Below, piece by piece: positions 38,216 to 40,428 of a stretch of 40,428 nucleotides of DNA. How positions within the stretch are numbered: the first letter of the stretch is position 1; each line of letters begins with the position of its first letter. Origin of the DNA: Syntrophobacterales bacterium (lineage in GTDB: Bacteria > Desulfobacterota > Syntrophobacteria > BM002); assembly GCA_050123975.1 (NCBI GenBank), contig JASFGC010000002.1, positions 1 through 40,428 of the forward strand, written 5' to 3'. Below the pieces are notes generated by a model. That model worked only from the letters and a program-made list of their open reading frames with translations, did no database searches and was not told the DNA's origin. A program made the position numbers and the translations under genes.

Positions 38216-38445
38216 ACCACAGAGACACTGAGAGCACAGAGGGAACTATATTTTTTGCCCGATCGGGAGACGGCGATCGGGCAGAAGATTTCAGCCCTAC
38301 GGGCACAAACTAGTAACCCGGTGGCCAGATCTCAAAGGTTGAAGCCAGGCTGAAGAGCTTTCGCCGAAGGCGGAGGCTCTTTTCCCTGGCCGCCGTCTCC
38401 CGGCCAGGGAAAAAACACCCCCTCCGTGACCTCTGTGTCTCTGTG
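38216..38445. repeat. ~230-bp palindromic (MITE-like) element with 12-bp perfect termini and twin internal hairpins
   Basis: The termini CCACAGAGACAC (38216-38227) and GTGTCTCTGTGG (38434-38445) are perfect complements, and the arms align for ~65 nt. The left hairpin is GCCCGATCG-GGAGACGG-CGATCGGGC (38256-38281). The right hairpin is CCCTGGCCG-CCGTCTCC-CGGCCAGGG (38383-38408). Confidence 0.8.
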
Positions 38446-38528
38446 GTAAATCTTCGATCGGGCTTCCTTGAGCAGCTATTCTAAGAAGTAAAGTGAATAG
38501 GCGTTTTTTCTTTTTTACATGAAAAATC

Positions 38529-38557
38529 TTGACAGCCACGTACGAGCTCCCTATGAT
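38529..38557 (+). promoter_or_regulatory. Sigma70-type promoter for tetR
   Basis: TTGACA (38529-38534), a 17-nt spacer, then TATGAT (38552-38557). Confidence 0.6.
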
Positions 38558-38571
38558 GACCACCTGGTCAT
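38556..38571 (+). promoter_or_regulatory. 16-bp perfect palindrome overlapping the -10 and TSS, a candidate TetR operator
   Basis: ATGACCA-CC-TGGTCAT. Confidence 0.5.
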
Positions 38572-38600
38572 TTTGTTGTTCGCACGTGGAGACACTGCCA

Positions 38601-39302
38601 ATGAGCATGGAGGAAAGCACGTACGTACGTCCAACCTTTACCAAGCTGCCATTCGATAAAAAGGAACGCATTCTGGATGTGGCCATAGACGAGTTCTCAC
38701 GTTGTGGCTACGAGAAGGCCAGCATCAACAGGATGGTTGGGCGCCTCGGCATCGCTAAGGGTTCCATATTTCAGTACTTCGGTAGCAAGAAGAATCTCTA
38801 TTTCCACATTTTTGAACACGCTGTAGCTCTGGTGAAAAGGAGCCTAAAAAAAGTAAAGGCAGGGACCGAGGGAGAAGACTTCTTCATCCGTCTTGCCAAG
38901 TCATTGCAGGCAGGAATCTACTTTATCCGGCAGTACCCGAGGATCTATCAGATTTATCTTAAAATGCTTTTCCAGGAGGATTTTCCTTTCAGAGCCGACC
39001 TCCTCAAGACCATCCGTTTGTTCTCCATAGACTACCTGCGGCCAATAATAGAAGAGGGAGTAACCAAGGGCCAACTCAGGGAAGATCTCGATCCTGAGTT
39101 GGCAGCCTTTTTTCTTGACGCAGTGCTGGATCGCTTCCTTCAAGCTTACTGCGTGGCGTATATGGATTCAGGATTGGGGCTCTACCAGGCGGACGAAAAA
39201 GTAATCGAGGAGAGGATAGAAGATTGCATTGACATGGTACGACTGGGGATGGCCACTCAGAGTGGACGCGGAGACACGGGGAACCGGAGAAGCGGAGGGT
39301 AG
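38601..39302 (+). CDS. TetR/AcrR-family transcriptional regulator
   Basis: The HTH block ILDVAIDEFSRCGYEKASINRMVGRLGIAKGSIFQYFGSKKNLY. The ATG at 38601 has GGAGA 8 nt upstream. The listed start at 38529 coincides with the -35 box. The last ~13 codons and the stop are encoded by a repeat copy. Confidence 0.8.
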   Translation: MSMEESTYVRPTFTKLPFDKKERILDVAIDEFSRCGYEKASINRMVGRLGIAKGSIFQYFGSKKNLYFHIFEHAVALVKRSLKKVKAGTEGEDFFIRLAKSLQAGIYFIRQYPRIYQIYLKMLFQEDFPFRADLLKTIRLFSIDYLRPIIEEGVTKGQLREDLDPELAAFFLDAVLDRFLQAYCVAYMDSGLGLYQADEKVIEERIEDCIDMVRLGMATQSGRGDTGNRRSGG

Positions 39303-39344
39303 CAATATCGCCGCGGCGCCGTATCGCCGTTTCACCGCGTCGTC
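39264..39344. repeat. GC-rich octamer-word repeat copy, internally palindromic (GACGCGG...CCGCGTC)
   Basis: The reverse complement contains GACGCGGTGAAACGGCGATACGG, which matches the first 22 nt of the 7326-7390 core with one mismatch. GGCGATATTGCTACCCTCCGCTTCTCCG parallels GGCGATATCGCTGAACTCCGCGTCTCCG at ~35770-35797. Confidence 0.75.
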
Positions 39345-39366
39345 AGGCTTACGAGAGGGATAACGT

Positions 39367-40428
39367 ATGCTCCCACCACGTACAGAACTCGAAGAGAATT
39401 TTTCTCCGTCCACTGCTGAACAGTGGGTGCAGAAAAGTGAGCTAGCTGACATATACGATAAAGTCATGGCCGACCGTCGTCTCTCCCGGGAAGATGGGTT
39501 GCGATTGTTTCAGTCCAGTGATCTTCTCGCCATTGGATTTCTGGCTAACCTGGTGCGAGAGCGACTCCATAGTCAGAAAACCTACTGGGTCTACAACCAG
39601 CACATTAATTACAGCAATGTTTGTGTCAACGGCTGCACATTTTGTGCTTTTAGTAGGCGTCAAGGTGAAGAGGGCGGCTTTGTCCTGACCATCGATCAGG
39701 TGCTGAATAAGGTCAGGGAGAGGTTGCACGAGCCCATTCGGGAGATTCATCTGGTGGGTGGCTGTCATCCCGATCTCCCCCTTTCCTACTACCTTGACCT
39801 CGTTCGTGAGATCAAGAAGGTGAGGTCTGAGACTGTTATAAAGGCATTTACAGCCGTGGAAGTGGCCCATCTGGCTCACAATGAACGGTTGAGCGTCTCT
39901 GAGGTTTTGCAGGCCTTTAAAGAGGCGGGAGTTCAGGCTCTGCCCGGTGGTGGTGCCGAGGTATTCAGCAATCGCGTTCGGCAGCTTCTTTGTCCGGAAA
40001 AGTTGAACAGCGATGGCTGGCTTCGGGTGGCCAAGAAAGCTCACCTCCTGGGGATGCGCTCCAATGCCACCCTTTTGTATGGGCATGTGGAAACCGCTGC
40101 CGAGCGAGTTGACCACATGCTGGCACTCAGAGAGGCGCAGGATGAAACCGGTGGTTTCATGACGTTCATCCCCCTCGCCTTTCAAACAGCTAACACAGGC
40201 TTATCTGACGTACAGCCCAGGACCGGTTTTACCGATCTCAAGACAATAGCAGTGTCTCGTTTGCTTTTGGACAATTTTGCTCACATCAAAGCGTACTGGA
40301 TTATGCTCGGGGTGAAGGTGGCCCAGATCGCCCTCCATTTCGGCGCAGATGATTTGGATGGTACGGTCATGGAGGAGCGTATCGGCCACATGGCCGGTGC
40401 CCAGAGTGCAGAGGCCCTCACACCAGAG
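39367..40428 (+). CDS. Radical SAM enzyme of the MqnE/MqnC/CofH family (menaquinone via futalosine), 3'-truncated by the window edge
   Basis: An open frame of 354 codons from ATG 39367 (RBS GAGAGGGA) to the window end. It is not in the ORF track, probably because there is no stop. Motifs: NYSNVCVNGCTFCAF (CxxxCxxC), EIHLVGGCHPD, GGGAEVF, NATLLYGHVE and TGGFMTFIPLAF. Confidence 0.75.
   Translation, partial: MLPPRTELEENFSPSTAEQWVQKSELADIYDKVMADRRLSREDGLRLFQSSDLLAIGFLANLVRERLHSQKTYWVYNQHINYSNVCVNGCTFCAFSRRQGEEGGFVLTIDQVLNKVRERLHEPIREIHLVGGCHPDLPLSYYLDLVREIKKVRSETVIKAFTAVEVAHLAHNERLSVSEVLQAFKEAGVQALPGGGAEVFSNRVRQLLCPEKLNSDGWLRVAKKAHLLGMRSNATLLYGHVETAAERVDHMLALREAQDETGGFMTFIPLAFQTANTGLSDVQPRTGFTDLKTIAVSRLLLDNFAHIKAYWIMLGVKVAQIALHFGADDLDGTVMEERIGHMAGAQSAEALTPE

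Noticed and set aside
38297-38686. A 129-aa minus-strand ORF.
   Set aside because: It spans the palindromic repeat element and the tetR promoter and 5' end. Its sequence is dictated by repeat words (RRPGKRASAFGESSS..), so it is very unlikely to be coding.
39442-40185. A 247-aa minus-strand ORF.
   Set aside because: It lies entirely antisense to the clearly conserved radical SAM gene on the plus strand and has no motifs.

Overview
This looks like an origin-proximal chromosomal segment of a strict anaerobe. The gene content includes HdrA/MvhD/MetVF, Fhs, FolD, CooC, a tetrahaem cytochrome c3, a Tmc/DsrMK-like membrane module, a futalosine-type radical SAM gene and several Sec codons. That suggests a sulfate-reducing or syntrophic Desulfobacterota-like bacterium; this is inference from gene content only, since no database search was possible. 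Layout: (i) 1-5005 (+): hdrA (GltD-fused type, 5' partial)-mvhD-metV-metF. (ii) 5164-6605 (+): a receiver-only response regulator and an ACT-like protein. (iii) 25270 down to 6691, all on the minus strand: fhs-folD-hdrA (GltD-fused, 1484 aa)-mvhD (extended)-hdrA (tandem, 1019 aa)-mvhD-metV-metF-membrane cytochrome b-HdrD/TmcB-like FeS protein-cytochrome c3-cooC-standalone IMP cyclohydrolase domain. (iv) A strand switch across a 690-bp spacer, then dnaA-dnaN-gyrB-gyrA-gpsA (+). (v) ogt, an MBL hydrolase and an orphan GT-B-like protein (-), then tetR and a 3'-truncated MqnE/MqnC-type radical SAM gene (+) that the ORF track does not list. Main second-look items: (a) Four in-frame TGA codons fall exactly on conserved Cys positions, in three MvhD paralogs and in the HdrD/TmcB-like protein. 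Each is followed 19-22 nt later by a hairpin with a 5-nt G-containing loop, so these are probably selenoproteins that the ORF track splits or truncates. (b) Two inverted HdrA-MvhD-MetVF modules plus a third HdrA-MvhD pair bracket a quinone/cytochrome-type membrane module, with no hdrBC in the window. (c) A family of intergenic repeats is built from 7-8-nt periodic words. It includes a 79-nt element present twice (69/79 identical by hand alignment), an 18-bp perfect inverted repeat flanking ogt, and a 230-bp palindromic element. Repeat copies supply stop codons and C-terminal tails to neighbouring ORFs. No CRISPR array, transposase, rRNA or tRNA gene was seen. All identities and spacings were counted by hand.
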